Source: Eledone cirrhosa (Eukaryota). From it: a stretch of DNA of 64,000 bases. Under the pieces are notes generated by a model. That model saw only the letters and a program-made list of their open reading frames with translations, ran no database searches and was not told the DNA's origin. A program made the translations under genes and the position numbers. Below, one piece after another: positions 12,908-28,046 of the stretch. Every line of letters starts with the position of its first letter. Position 1 is the first letter of the stretch. Where the stretch lies: positions 77,996,001 to 78,060,000 of the forward strand of contig OZ024743.1 in assembly GCA_964016885.1 (NCBI GenBank), in the 5' to 3' direction.

Positions 12908-15900
12908 AAAGCAAGGGTTGGGGGAAGAACGGGGTTGCATGTTCAGGAAGAGGTGTGTGGGGTGGGGTGTAGGTCGGAGTGTGTGTGCGTGTGTGGATAG
13001 AGGGGTGGGGGGAGAGGAATCCGGAGGCTGAATGTGTAAATATGTGGTGGAACGCACGTGTGTGTGGTGTTTAAGCGTGTTGTGGGTGTAGGTGGCGTGT
13101 GGGAAAAAATTTTTTTTGGGTGTGTGTGTGGGTGAGTCATAAAGGTGATTCCGTAAGAAGATGTGGTGGAAGGGTTAGTAAAAGCCTAGGATGGTAGTTG
13201 ATTCCGCGGTCAAGGTCCACATACGAGTAATCCGTGAAGAGATTGGTCGGAAGAGGGGAGATGTGGGGTGCGCGCGCAACAGGAAGTAGTCAAAGCAGTA
13301 GGAGTGCTGTGTGTCTGTGTGTGCTGGGAGGTGGTCAGAGGGCATAGCAGCAGTAGGGTGGAATGGTAAAGGGGCGAGGATGGGTAGGTGTGAAAGTTGG
13401 AGTGAGGAGGGGGTGTGTGTGTATTAGTAGAGGTGTTAGTGGGATGAGTGAGTGTTTGAGAAAGGGTGTGGATGGAGCGGGGAGAGAAGGGTGTGGGGGT
13501 CGATGGAGGGAGTGTGGTGTACTGGTGTGTGTGTAGTTTGATGAAGGGTGTGTTAGTGGGTGTTAGTATACAGGAGGTGGAGAAAGGGTTGAATGCGGGT
13601 GTGAGTGGGGGTCAGTGGTGGTAGGGTGTGTAGAGTTGGAGTTGTAAGAGGGGGTGTATGTGTACGTGTGCCTGGGGTTGGGGGTGTTAGTGATGTTAGT
13701 TGCGTGTAGGGTGGGTGGTGTAAGTGGGTGCATGTGTTCGTGTGCTTGGGATCAAAGGCTGTTAGTGATGTTAGTTGCGAGGTGGTGGGGTGGATGTGTG
13801 GGGGTGAGGGTTAGTGGTGGTAGTAGGGTGTGTGTTTAGTGTGAGCGCGTGTATATATGTGCCGGTGGGTGTGTGCGTGTGATAAGGAGGTGGTGGGGTA
13901 GAAGAAGGGAGGGATGTTAGTATGTTAGTTGGGGAAGGGTGGTCGGATGAGGGGTGGAGTGGAGGTGTTAGTATTGTTAGTTGTGGGGTGGGCGCTGAAA
14001 AGGAGGGGTGTGTTAGTGGTGTTAGTGGGGGATATATGTGGGGGGAGGGGGCGGTCGAAGGCTAAAGGAATAAGGGTGGGGAGTTCAGGCCGGGGGGAGT
14101 GTGGGTCTGTAAGATGAAGATGGTTCTTTGTTCAACTCTGAGGAGATTGGCGGGTGTTGCGTGGCATTGGAGTAGGCCACAGACTGTGAGATGGCGTGCG
14201 GAATGTTCAGGGGTACCAAAGTGGCGGGCGATGGGGGAACTACCACTGAGACGAATATCCCGGAGGTGCTCAGTGAATCTGTCCGCCAGGCGACGTCCCG
14301 TCTGTCCGACGTAAGTGGCGCTGCACCCCGTGCAGCGAAGTCCGTAGACTAGGTTGGAGGAGGTGCAGCGGAAGGCATGCCGGACAGAGAGAGAGTGGCC
14401 GTTGGGACCCTGGAAGGTGGTGGTGTTGGTGATGTGGGGACAGGTGTTGCAGCGGGGCCTAGAACAGGGAAAGGAACCGGGGGGGGAAGAGATTGTGGGT
14501 TGGGGGGTAGGGAGCTGTGGGCGAGGAGGGTACGGAGATTGCGTGCGCGTTTGAAGGAGGGGAGTGGTGGGGTTGGGAAGATGTGGGAGGTGGAGGGGTC
14601 GGACTGGAGGCGTCGGAAGAGGCGGCGGATGGTGCGGTGGAGGGGTAAGGTGGAGGGATGGTAGGTGATGGGAAAGGGGAGACGGTGGGTGGGTGTGTGG
14701 TGGCGTGGGGTGAGGGTGGTGGAGCGGTGGACAGCACGGGCGCGGGTGAGAGCGGTGTGGACGAGAGAGGGGGGGTGGGTAACCTCTGCCGATGAAATGG
14801 CTGACTAGGGAAAGGGCCTGGGACTCGAAGTCAGCATCTCGGCTACACAGGCGGCGGATCCTGAGGAGTTGGGAGTAGGGAATAGAGTGTTTAGTGTGTG
14901 TGGGGTGGGAAGAGGTGAAGTCGAGGTAAGGGTGGGAGTCGGTGGGTTTGAAGAAGGCGGAGGTGACGAGGGAGTGGTGGGAGGGGTCGAAGGCGACGGA
15001 GATGTCTAAGAAGGGGATGTGGGTGGTGGAGATAGAAGTGGTGAAGTGGAGGGAGGGGTGGAAGAAGCAGAAGAAGGAGAGAAAGGAGTCGAGGTGTTCT
15101 CGGGTGAGGGTCGTGGCTCCGATACAGTTGTCGATGTAACGACCGTACGGTTCTGGCGTGGGGCCGGTGTACTGGGCAAAGATTTGGGCCTCAACATGGC
15201 CAACAAAAAGGTTGGCATAGTTCGGGTCCATTCTTGTACCCATGGCTACCCCCGTGACCTGTTGGTAAAACTCACCCGAGAAGGAGAAACAATTGAGGGT
15301 GAGGACCAGCTCGGCGAGGCGGAGGAGGGTGGGGTGGAGGGAATGGGGGAGGGGCTTGTATAGAGGGACTTGATGTCTAGGGTGAAGCGGAAGGGCTGTG
15401 GGCCGGGTGGGTAGGTGAAGGAGTCGAAAAGGCGCAGGGCGTGGTTGGTGTCGGAGATGTGGGAGGGGAGGGTGGTGACAAGGGGGGCGAGAATGGAGTC
15501 GAGAAAGGCGGAGATGAGTTGGGTGGGGCAGTTGCAATCGGAGACGATGGGGCGGCCGGGCTTGTCGGGTTTGTGGTGTTTGGGGAGGAAGTAGATGGTG
15601 TGGGTGCGGGGGGTGCGGACGATGAGGTGGGAAGAGGTGGGGGGGGGGAGACAAGGTGTTGGATGGTGGAGGAAACTTGTTGTTGGTAGAGGGGTGTGGG
15701 ATCGGAGGGTAGAGGGCGGTAGAAGAGGGGGTCACGGAGCTGCCTGAGGGCTTCGGCCGTGTAGAGGTCCGCGCACCAAACCACCACGGCGCCTCCCTTG
15801 TCCGCCGGTTTGATGACGATGTCATCTCGGCTACGGAGGGAGCGGAGAGCGAGGAGTTGACCCCGTGAGATATTATTCCGTTTGGAACGGTGGCGGAAGT

Positions 15901-16446
15901 CGAAACGATTTACGGCGCTACGACTGGCATCGACGAACGCGTCCAGGGTGCTAAATTGCCCTAGGGCCGGCGTCCAAGAAGATGGTCGTCGGCCCAGGGC
16001 GAGAAACGGGTCTGGGGCGTCCGGCACCGGTGGCGTTCGGCCTAAATGTGCCTGTAGCTTCGTGCGTCGCACGAATCGCTCGACTTCTGTTCGGGTGAGG
16101 AACTCGTCGCTGTGCGGGGTGTGGGGTATGAAGCGAAGGCCTCTACTAAGGAGTGAGCGCTCAGGTGCGGAGAGGGAGAGGTCAGGGGGTATGGTGACAA
16201 CAAGTGGTGGGGTTTGGGTGTGTGGGGGGAAGGGAGGGTGTGGTGAGGGGTGAGGTGGAGGGTGGAGATTGGGTAGGGGTGTGGGTCGAGGGAGGGGTGG
16301 AGAGTGGTGGGCTCATGGGGATGGGCGGGTGGTGGTGGATGGGGGTGGTTTGGAGGAGTGAGTGTAGCTTGCGGGCTTTGGTGGAGCTGAGGAAGGAGAA
16401 GAGGTCGTGGTTGAGGTTTTGGATGAAGGAGAGGATGGCTTGGGCA
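12500..16446 (-). mobile_element. Neptune-like PLE, near full length, frameshifted (RT plus C-terminal GIY-YIG)
   Basis: IKPADKGGAVVVW, QVTGVAMG, RYIDN, IPFLDI, Cys linker CSRPRCNTC and NLVYGLRCTGC..YVGQTGR..RFTEH across ORFs 14062-16072. ~1.5-kb C/A-rich 3' UTR. HHR core CTGAAGA..GAAACGTC at 12591-12623. Confidence 0.9.
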
Positions 16447-16466
16447 TATATATATATAGATATATA

Positions 16467-16708
16467 TGTTTATTTTTATTTTTATTATGTTTTCATTTGT
16501 ACCGTTTCCTCTCACTCCCTTTTTTCTAAATGTCTCTACCCTACTCCCCTACACACCCTTGGAACTCTCTTCCCACACACTTTTCGCCTGAAGAAGTGCT
16601 TATGCCCGAAACGTCGTTCCCCACCACCACCCCACTCTCAAGAGCGTGAAACTAATAAACCTTTGTTCGTACTGTCTCTCTGTTTTGTTCCCGTTTCAAT
16701 TTTCACCA
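16467..16708 (+). mobile_element. Neptune-like 3'-terminal fragment of a sister subfamily, with HHR core at ~16583-16615
   Basis: Homologous to 12500-12740 in inverted orientation. Shares diagnostic bases (GAAGTGCTTATG, CTTGGAACTC) with 60743-60980. Confidence 0.8.
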
Positions 16709-16714
16709 TATATA

Positions 16715-16847
<133 letters not shown>

Positions 16848-16881
16848 GGATTTAAATGGATACAGTTCAGTTAAAAGGAAT

Positions 16882-17001
16882 TTATTGACACGTGTTTCAA
16901 TAACAGTTACATAACCTGAAACAGCTGCTATCTACAAAGTATTAATTATGCAGACACTCAATATTTCAATGTTATTATCAACTGTCATTTCATCAGAATA
17001 A
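16882..17001 (-). ncRNA. Type I hammerhead with extended stem II
   Basis: Minus strand: TTATT-CTGATGA-AATGACAGTT..insert..AACTGTTATT-GAAA-CACGTG-TC-AATAA. Intact core, 10-bp stem II, palindromic stem III. Confidence 0.8.
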
Positions 17002-17549
17002 TTTTATTGAGAACCTGTTTGGTTTTTATAGAGAATATTAAGAAGGAGGGGTGAAGTTTTTAGAAGAATAGTTAAGGGAGTGGATAGAGATTTTTTTGAT
17101 AGCAGTGAGAATTTTTGGTAGCAGTGAGTAATTAGATTCCCATCTGTTGTTTTGACATTTTTATAGAATACATTATTTGGCGTTGGTTATTTTTCTAAAT
17201 CTATAGAACGATTAGAGATAGTAAAGATATGCATGGTTGGTTTTGTGTTTGCACTTAATTAACATACAGACTTAAATTTTTCTTTCAAGTGTACGTATCC
17301 GTTCGCCCACACATTCACACACAAACATATATGCACACCTCTACAAAATACATACACTCACATACACATACTTACATGCTCATACTTACATATATATATA
17401 CCTGCACATATATATATATACATATATATACATATATATATGTACATACATACGCATTCATGTATATACATCTTCATACTCAACTTATCTTCATATACAC
17501 ACGTATAGGCACACACATATATACATACATACTCCTGTCTATGTATATA

Positions 17550-17650
<101 letters not shown>

Positions 17651-17937
17651 ACTTTAATACATGAATACACTACATCTAACTATACACATCAAACATATAT
17701 ATATATTTACTTATTTATATACATTTTCACATATATATATACATACATATAGTCGATTTTAGACACATTCATTATAGCATATTCACACCTATTCTCATCA
17801 GCATATCTTTCCATTATTAGTGTGGTAATTTAAGGGTATTAATATACATATATATGCTGAGATGAGATTGTTTTTATATTTTTCTAACTAGATTGAGGTT
17901 TATATAGTTGGGGGGATGTCCCTCTTTTATGTAATAT

Positions 17938-18744
<807 letters not shown>

Positions 18745-18889
18745 GAGGAGTTATGGTATGGGGCTAGTATTTGTGAAGTCTATAAAGAACATGTTTATAG
18801 AAAATGCTGTAAAATTTCAAGCCCTACAATACCAACATGCAAACACAAAGACAATACAACAAAGCTATACTGGACAGGAATGGATCAAA

Positions 18890-19645
18890 ATCCCCCTGTC
18901 GAAATCGATACGAGACCTGGAGATAGACATGGGCGATGATGCATCTTTTTCTTCACACATCATGAGGCTGGTGACAATGTGCAGGCGACTCGTTGTGTAT
19001 ATCTTGAGCACTTTCCGGACAAGAGACCGAGAGACCATGTTGGTACTATGGAGGACATTTGTCCTAAGCCGCCTGGACTACTGCTCCCAGTTGTGGTCAC
19101 CCCATAGTGTCAAACTAACCACGGAGCTTGAGGCAATACAATGAAGGTACACCAAGAGGATTGCCACGATGAAGGAGATGGGCTACTGGGAGAGGCTTAA
19201 ATAACTGAAACTCTACTTTTTGGAACGAAGACGGGAGAGATATGCAGTGACATACATATGGAAAATCAAGCACCAAACTTAGGCATTGAGAGCTGGACCA
19301 ACCACCGAATAGGACCCGTCTTTTACATATAGAATAAGGAACAGATATTGCAATTAACCTGGGGTTTAAAGGCCCTCAACTCTTCAACAAGCTGCCAATG
19401 GATTTGAGAGATCTGCTTGGTGTGGACGTCGATATTTTCAAGAAATATCTTGACACCCTCTATCCGGGATCCCGAATGATCCCGCAGCACGATACGAAGG
19501 TAACCTAAGTGCAGCAACAACGAACTCCCTCTTGCACCAATGGCCAGCCAACACAGGCTGGGGATAGAATATGTATCAACAAGAGCGGGACCCCAGCATG
19601 GCCTCAGCCGGATGGCTGGGACAGGTAAAAGAGTAAAAGAGTATA
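18890..19645 (+). mobile_element. CR1-group LINE 3' fragment
   Basis: [39 protein letters not shown], then after a stop YWERLK.LKLY.LERRRERY. Ends in short GTAAAAGA repeats. Confidence 0.75.
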
Positions 19646-19934
19646 TATATGTAGCTAAATCTGTCCACGCCTTGAACCTTGGGTAATAAGAATGGATTGA
19701 AATGAGTTGAAAGGAAAATATAAGGAGATAAAGCACATATTTACCAGTGTCCTCGCCTCCAATAAGCAGTGGGAATTGTTTTCATCCAATAATCAGGATA
19801 GATCTTTATAGTCTATAGTTTCTTTTCCCATTCGGCTACTAATTATCTTTTTATAAAAGAGAAATGTTTATTAGCTGGTTGGTTGCACGAAGACTACACA
19901 CACACACACACACATCTTAAGAGAGAGAGAGAGA

Positions 19935-19977
<43 letters not shown>

Positions 19978-20081
19978 GTCCCACAAAAGTATTTGATTTT
20001 ATAGAACAAAGAAAAAAATTGATACTATTTGAAATGAATCTACGGTCTATATTAAGTTAGCTTTTTGAGGACAGTGTCATG

Positions 20082-20155
20082 TTATTATTGACCTAATTAT
20101 TATTGACCTAATTATTATTGACCTAATTATTATTGACCTAATTATTATTGACCTA
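20082..20155. repeat. 15-bp tandem repeat, 5 copies
   Basis: (TTATTATTGACCTAA)x5. Confidence 0.9.
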
Positions 20156-20159
20156 TGAG

Positions 20160-20350
20160 CGGCGGATTTACAATAACAGTAGAGTGTCGGATGCGATGCT
20201 TTGCAGCACAGAGTTACGGCTCTTTATGATATGATTTCAAATCCAACCGAGGTTAGTTTTGTTTTTCATCCTTACGGGGTCGATCAAATAAAGTACCAGT
20301 AATGCACTAGGATAATCGCTGGCCTTGTGCCAAAAGTTGAAACAATTATT
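20160..20350 (+). mobile_element. Degenerate SINE of the same family as 757-923
   Basis: Core TTTCATCCTTACGGGGTCGATCAAATAAAGTACCAGTAATGCAC. Confidence 0.7.
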
Positions 20351-20694
20351 GACTAAATTCAGATGACATAGTGTCAACCTATTCTCTAAAGCTGCTATTT
20401 GCATGTATTTCTATTCTTTTATATTGCTTTGTATTGTTGGTTTTTTCACGATAATTTCCAAGGAAATTAATTCCATCATGTCACCAAAGCGCCACTCATC
20501 TAGCCCTAGGTACAATGTCCGCCAAATGGTTGCCTTGAACCATGTACATTTAAAATCCTCATCGCCATTTTGCATTTGTTTTCCATGCTTGCATGGGTTA
20601 TGCGGTTCTTTTCCAACACAGCATACAGCACTCCTGTAGGTCAAGGAAGGTATAGGCAGAAGTTGTGAGAGGCGATCTCAAATCATTGAAGATC

Positions 20695-21645
<951 letters not shown>

Positions 21646-21762
21646 CTGCCCTTTTTTGTATGTGTGTATGCACGTATATATTAATGTGTAGGTCTGTATA
21701 TATATGTAGATATGTATATATAAGTGTATGTATATGTATGTGTGTATATGTTTGAGTAGGTT

Positions 21763-21815
<53 letters not shown>

Positions 21816-21821
<6 letters not shown>

Positions 21822-24300
21822 ATACTTGGAGAGGGTCATATTTGTGTAATATTGCCAGAATTAATAACAGAACACACTCACTGTTTGGTTGGTTTTCGCT
21901 TCTCGCTGTCTTTTATATCGGTAATCTAACTTACTCGGTCCTCAATGTTGCCATTGACTGACCGACGGTCAAAAATAATACAGATACAATATAGACACAA
22001 ACACATATATATAGTTTATCATAAATCTTTCGTTGCACATCTGCAACATCGTCAGTGGTGTTATATTTTCCTCCTGTTGTGTTGTATGTCTACGCCATTT
22101 TTATTCAGTCTGTCTATATATTTATTTATTTATTTGCTTGTTTGTTTATTTTATTTCGTCTTCTTTGCCCATGCGTTTGCGTGTGTGTATAGTGTTGTTT
22201 GCTGTGTGATGGGTGACTAGTGTGTGTTTATGTGCTTGTTGTTATTGTGCTTGTGTATGTATTTATTTATTTATTTATCTTATTTTATTTACTTTTTTAT
22301 ACTTCTCTTAGGTCAGTGTTGTTTGTTTGGGTGTTGTTTTTATTCCATTCATTCTTTCTGTTTAGCTTTGGTCTTCTAATTTCTATTTCACTGGCCTCTC
22401 TGATTTGCCTATCTGCTGGGTCATTTCTATGTTTAGATATTATTCTAATTTCTATGTTGTCTATGTTACCGTCATGTTGTTGTCTAGCATGTTCGTATAG
22501 TACTGACCCGTTTTTTCGTCCTTTTAGTTCCCCCCAGTGTTGGTCTATCCTTTCACCTATGCTACGAGCTGTCTCACCTATGTATGTTGTTGTCATGTTT
22601 CTGCAAGTACCCTCTGTACATCTTATGCTATAGACTACGTTTCTAGTTTTACAGTTTATCCGGGAGTTCACCTTACATATGATACATTTCCTATTGGTAC
22701 AGTGGGTTTTCTTAAAAGGGTAGGTTTTGCTGATCAGGGATTTTATGGTGGTTCCTGGCTTTTCTACCACCTTTATTTTTTAAGTGGGTCTTTCTCAGGG
22801 CCTTTCTACACTGGTTAGCTAATTTCCCTCCAGAGGTGGCGTCAACAAACATGACACTCTGGTATCTCTGGTTGTCGTACCATGAGGTGGCTTTCCCTAT
22901 CTTATGTCTAGCCCTATCTAAGCTATTCCATGATTTGCTCCTGTATAATGGGCAAATTCCTTTCATGTCCAGTTCTATGAGGGTCTTATACTTTTCCATG
23001 GCTCCTTCGTATACTCTGACTCTGTCTCTTTGGTTGTAGCCAGAGAACTGCATGCGGTTGATGAAGTGTTGGATGTGTCTTTCCATTTCTGTTGGGTCGC
23101 ACATGCGGGACACATTCTTCATCACTCGTACCAAATCTGCGATCAGAATATTAAACTTAGGACTACTGGACATAGCTGAGTTTTTGAGTATCAGGTATTT
23201 GGAGGCCATGGGTTTAGCATAGTGTGAGTGGAGAATTTGGGCTCTCTCGTCTATAGTGTTAATCCAGAGTTCTGTGTCTAATACAGGTAGTCTATTGTTA
23301 GGGTGTTTGGAAGGGAAGTCGATAGTTACAGTTATACTCTGGTGTATGGAATTAGCTATCTGCTGGATGCTTTCCATCGTGCTACGTTCTAAATCAAACT
23401 TGTTAGTGCTCTCTAGCGGGGGTGTTCTTATAACTATATTGATATCGTCTACATAACGAGAGTACATGATGAGGTCTATGGAGCTTTCATTAAGGAGATC
23501 TTTAAGTTTCCTTTCCCACCATACCATGAAAAGGTTGGCAACATCACCAGCTATGCTGACGCCGATGGCTGCTCCCTCATTTTGGGTGTAGATTTTCTCG
23601 TTGAAATTAAAAATATGGCCCTTTAGGGTAATTTTGATACTAGCCCCTATTGCATGTGCGACCATTTTTCTTACCTGATCATTGTTTTGGGGGGTCCGTA
23701 TAGCTTTGGTCCACCCAATCCACCTTCCCATGGGAGTCTTTTTTGCCATTGAAGTTATGGTGGGGGCTCTACCTCTTATAGGTCTACTAGGGCAGAAACA
23801 TCTAAGGTAGTCAGTATCGTAGGTAAGTCTAAGTAGGAGGCCCAGTTCGTCTGTGTCGACGTCGCAGAACTCCACCTCACGCTCAATGATCATCTCCACA
23901 CATCTTTTCACAGCAAAATCAATGTTAATGGATGGGTACAGTGACACCACATCCATGCTGCCTATTATGGAGTTGGATAGGCTCCTGTTTTTGTTGCACT
24001 CACTGATTCTGCTGAGGAGGTCCTCTGTACTGTCACATACATCTGGGGACATCTTTATTATGGGGCGTATAACCATTGAGAGGAAGTAGGAGATCCTGTA
24101 GTTGCTAGCTATATTAGCTCTGCATACGGGTCTTGTTGGTGGTCCTGTTGTCGGGTCGTCGACTGTCTTGTGGTCTTTGTGGAGCCCATACAAGGGTGGT
24201 ATGCCATTGTTAGACGCCTGGAAGTTGTTGGCAGTGCGTCTGCTTGGCTTTAGGATGTCAGTCCACATCATCATGTGAGCGTTGAGGATTTTTCCACACT
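21816..24300 (-). mobile_element. 5'-truncated PLE family A (RT plus GIY-YIG, one frameshift)
   Basis: LYGLHKDHK..RPV, GSMDVVSLYPSI, QNEGAAIG, RYVDD and LPVLD in ORF 22712-24391. EN CTNRKCIIC..VVYSIRC..YIGETAR..EH in ORF 22297-22770. Frameshift at a homopolymer near 22775. Confidence 0.9.
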
Positions 24301-24722
24301 TAACACCCCACCCTAAACACCGCATCCTTTCATCCAGTATCATAAACCGTACCACCACCACACCGACACCCCACACAAAAATACGCCCCAACTACACGAC
24401 AAACTGTCTAGCGACAATCAGCACACCGTACACCGCCACCCACCTCCACCTACATCCGGCACCACAAACTAATCATCCTCGCACCCATCCTCACACACAC
24501 TACAGGAAACCCCCCCCTAATTAACACACCAATCAAAACAAATCTCACTGACCAGCACAGGACATCAGACTTTCTCATACGCCATGTATATTTTCATTAC
24601 CACTAAAAGGGGTCTGACGAGCCGTGGATTACAGAGTCGGGCTATATCGATACAGATCGAACTTTCAGCTGATCAGTGGTGAAATGCACGTCACCAACCA
24701 GTAAACGTAATGAAGGAGTACC
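24301..24722 (+). repeat. Probable PLE 3' remnant with HHR-like motif at 24611-24695
   Basis: GGT-CTGACGA-GCCGTGGATT..GATCAGTGGT-GAAA-TGCACG-TC-ACC. Related to 60120-60530. Confidence 0.45.
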
Positions 24723-24736
24723 CACTCGTCTTGTTT

Positions 24737-24830
<94 letters not shown>

Positions 24831-24859
24831 CGTATCGAGAGAGAGAGAAAAAAGGAAGG

Positions 24860-26490
24860 ATAGGTGATACATGGAGTTATTTACCAAATAGCGTATGCAG
24901 AAGGTGCTCAATACTAGTGCCAGCAGTCTTAAATATTAGAAGTGTTAATATTTAGTGGGCGAGAGTTAGCAGAGCGTAAGCACGTGGAAAAGTAAGAAAT
25001 CGGAGAACAGACCGTTAATACATGTTTATTTAAAATGCACCTACGTACGTTTCGCCCGGATGGGCTTTTCAAGGGCATAAATAACTAAAAGTGTTCCTTA
25101 CATGGCCCGGAATGTGTTTTGGGGGATAAGTTCACGTCATAGTTCTTTCTTCGCAAAAAAGCGTGTTTTGATTTGGCAGTAGGTCAAGGGAGGTAACTCT
25201 GGTTGATGTTAGGGCAGTCTTTCCCGGACAAATTTTTTATCCGTTACAAGATGTGGTTACAACTCTACCATTGTCGATATGCACAGGGTCAGGTAATCAA
25301 CGCTTATTTTGAAACGTTTGTTAACTGCACCTGCCCGCCTGGGTCATTTGAAGCTGGGTCTGGGATGCATGGTTAGTTTCCGGATGTTTTTTGCAGCGTC
25401 TGCCCGCCGGGGTGTTTAAAGCTTGTTGCAGGGAGACCCGGTACACGGTTTCACTCCTCATCCTTATCCCATCTGAAGAAGGATATTTTTAAGCGATATG
25501 TACAGCTTACCGTCGTTTCAGGTCTGCTGTTGATGAGCTCGTGGGGGGCAGTTATGATGTCTTAGAGCTCCATGAGGCAAATATCGCACTTCCTCTTGAA
25601 GTTGTACGGTGCAGCCCTGCCGACAATATCCCAGTGCGTGAAGAAGCTGATGTTTAAGTCTTTTAATGATGTGATGTAGTCCGCGAGCGAAGTGGAGGGT
25701 CTTAATTTCTTATTTGTGAAAGAGTGGAGATGTGTTCGAAATCTAATTTTGAACGGGCCAGTTGTAGCTTTTAATGATAGTCCGCTCGCGGACTACATCA
25801 CATCATTAAAAGACTTAAACATCAGCTTCTCCACGCACTGGAATATTGTCGGCAGGGCTACACCGTACAACTTCAAGAGGAAGTGCGATCTTTGCCTCAT
25901 GGAGCTCTACCACATCATAACTGCACGCCACGAGCTCATCAACAGCAGAGCTGAAACGACGGTAAGCTGTACACATTGCTTAAAAATATCCTTCTTCAGA
26001 TCGGATAAGGATGAGGAGTGAAACCGTGTACCGGGTCTCCCTGCAACAAGCTTTAACACCCCGGCGGGCAGGCGCTGCAAAAAACATCCGGAAACTAACC
26101 ATGCATCCCAGACCCGGCTTCAAATGACCCAGGCGGGCAGGTGCAGTTAACAAACGTCTCAAAATAAGCGTTGATTACCTGACCCTGTGCATATCGACAA
26201 TGGTAGCGTTGTAACCACATCTTGTAACGGATAAACAATTTGTCCGGGAAAGACTGCCCTAACACCGGCCAGAGTTACCTCTCTTGACTTACTGCAAAAT
26301 CAAAACACGCTTTTTTGCGAAGAATGAACTATGACGTGAACTTATCCCCCAAAACACATTCCGGGCCATGTAAGGAATACTTTTAGTTATTTATGCCCTT
26401 GAGAAGCCCATCCGGGCGAAACGTACGTTGGTGCAGTTTTAAATAAACATGTATTAACGGTCTGTTCTCCGATTTCTTACTTTTCCACGT
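24860..26490. mobile_element. Palindromic pair of Nematis-like PLE 3' ends
   Basis: ~24981-25690 is inverted relative to ~25780-26490. EN C-terminus LADYITSLKD..W.IV..KCDLCLMEL..LINSR.E. HHR variants at 25036-25078 (-) and 26393-26435 (+). Confidence 0.85.
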
Positions 26491-26506
26491 ATACATATAT
26501 ATATAT

Positions 26507-27469
<963 letters not shown>

Positions 27470-28046
27470 GTTTGGAGTTAGAAGGCCAAAATAATGCAGG
27501 CTTGGATATAGAATATAAATACAAATGCAATAGATATTGCTGACAATTAGTCTTTTACCTTAAATTTATTTGAATATCGTTAATTTTCGAGATAATATCT
27601 CTTCTTCGGAGGGAAGTAAAGGAGTTAATCCAGTGTTCTAATTAGCTTGCCAAGTCATGCTGACAGGAAATGTTATAGAAATTCCATTCTATTTCTAATG
27701 TCAAAGAGTGAAGGTTAGGTGGATAAAGAGTTGTCTCCTTTTAAAAAGGGGTTTGGACACGTATGTTAAAGTGTGTGTGGGAGAATACGTGAAGGTGTAA
27801 GCATGCGTGTGTGTGTGCGTGTGTGTGAGTGTGACAGGATATGTTTATATGTACATGTGGGGGCTAGATGGTCTATCATGTTACAACTGGTCTTTGTGTG
27901 TGTATGTGTGTGTGAGAGAGAATAAGTAGAGGTGTAAGCGTGTGTGTGTGTGTGTGTGTGTGCGTGTGCGCGTGTGTGTGTGCGAGAGGGTATGTGGAGG
28001 TGTAAGTGTGGAGCTAGGTGCTCTATCATGTTAAAAAGTGTTGAGT

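Noticed and set aside
20082-20155. Regular repeat resembling a CRISPR array
   Set aside because: Head-to-tail 15-mers with no spacers, no cas genes and a eukaryotic context.
22297-24391. Selenoprotein-type Naiad element
   Set aside because: The endonuclease is C-terminal, not N-terminal, and no in-frame TGA pattern is seen.
24301-24391. N-terminus of the 559-aa ORF (MGRIFVWGVG...)
   Set aside because: It is read-through into an unrelated adjacent repeat. The PLE is 5'-truncated near 24300.
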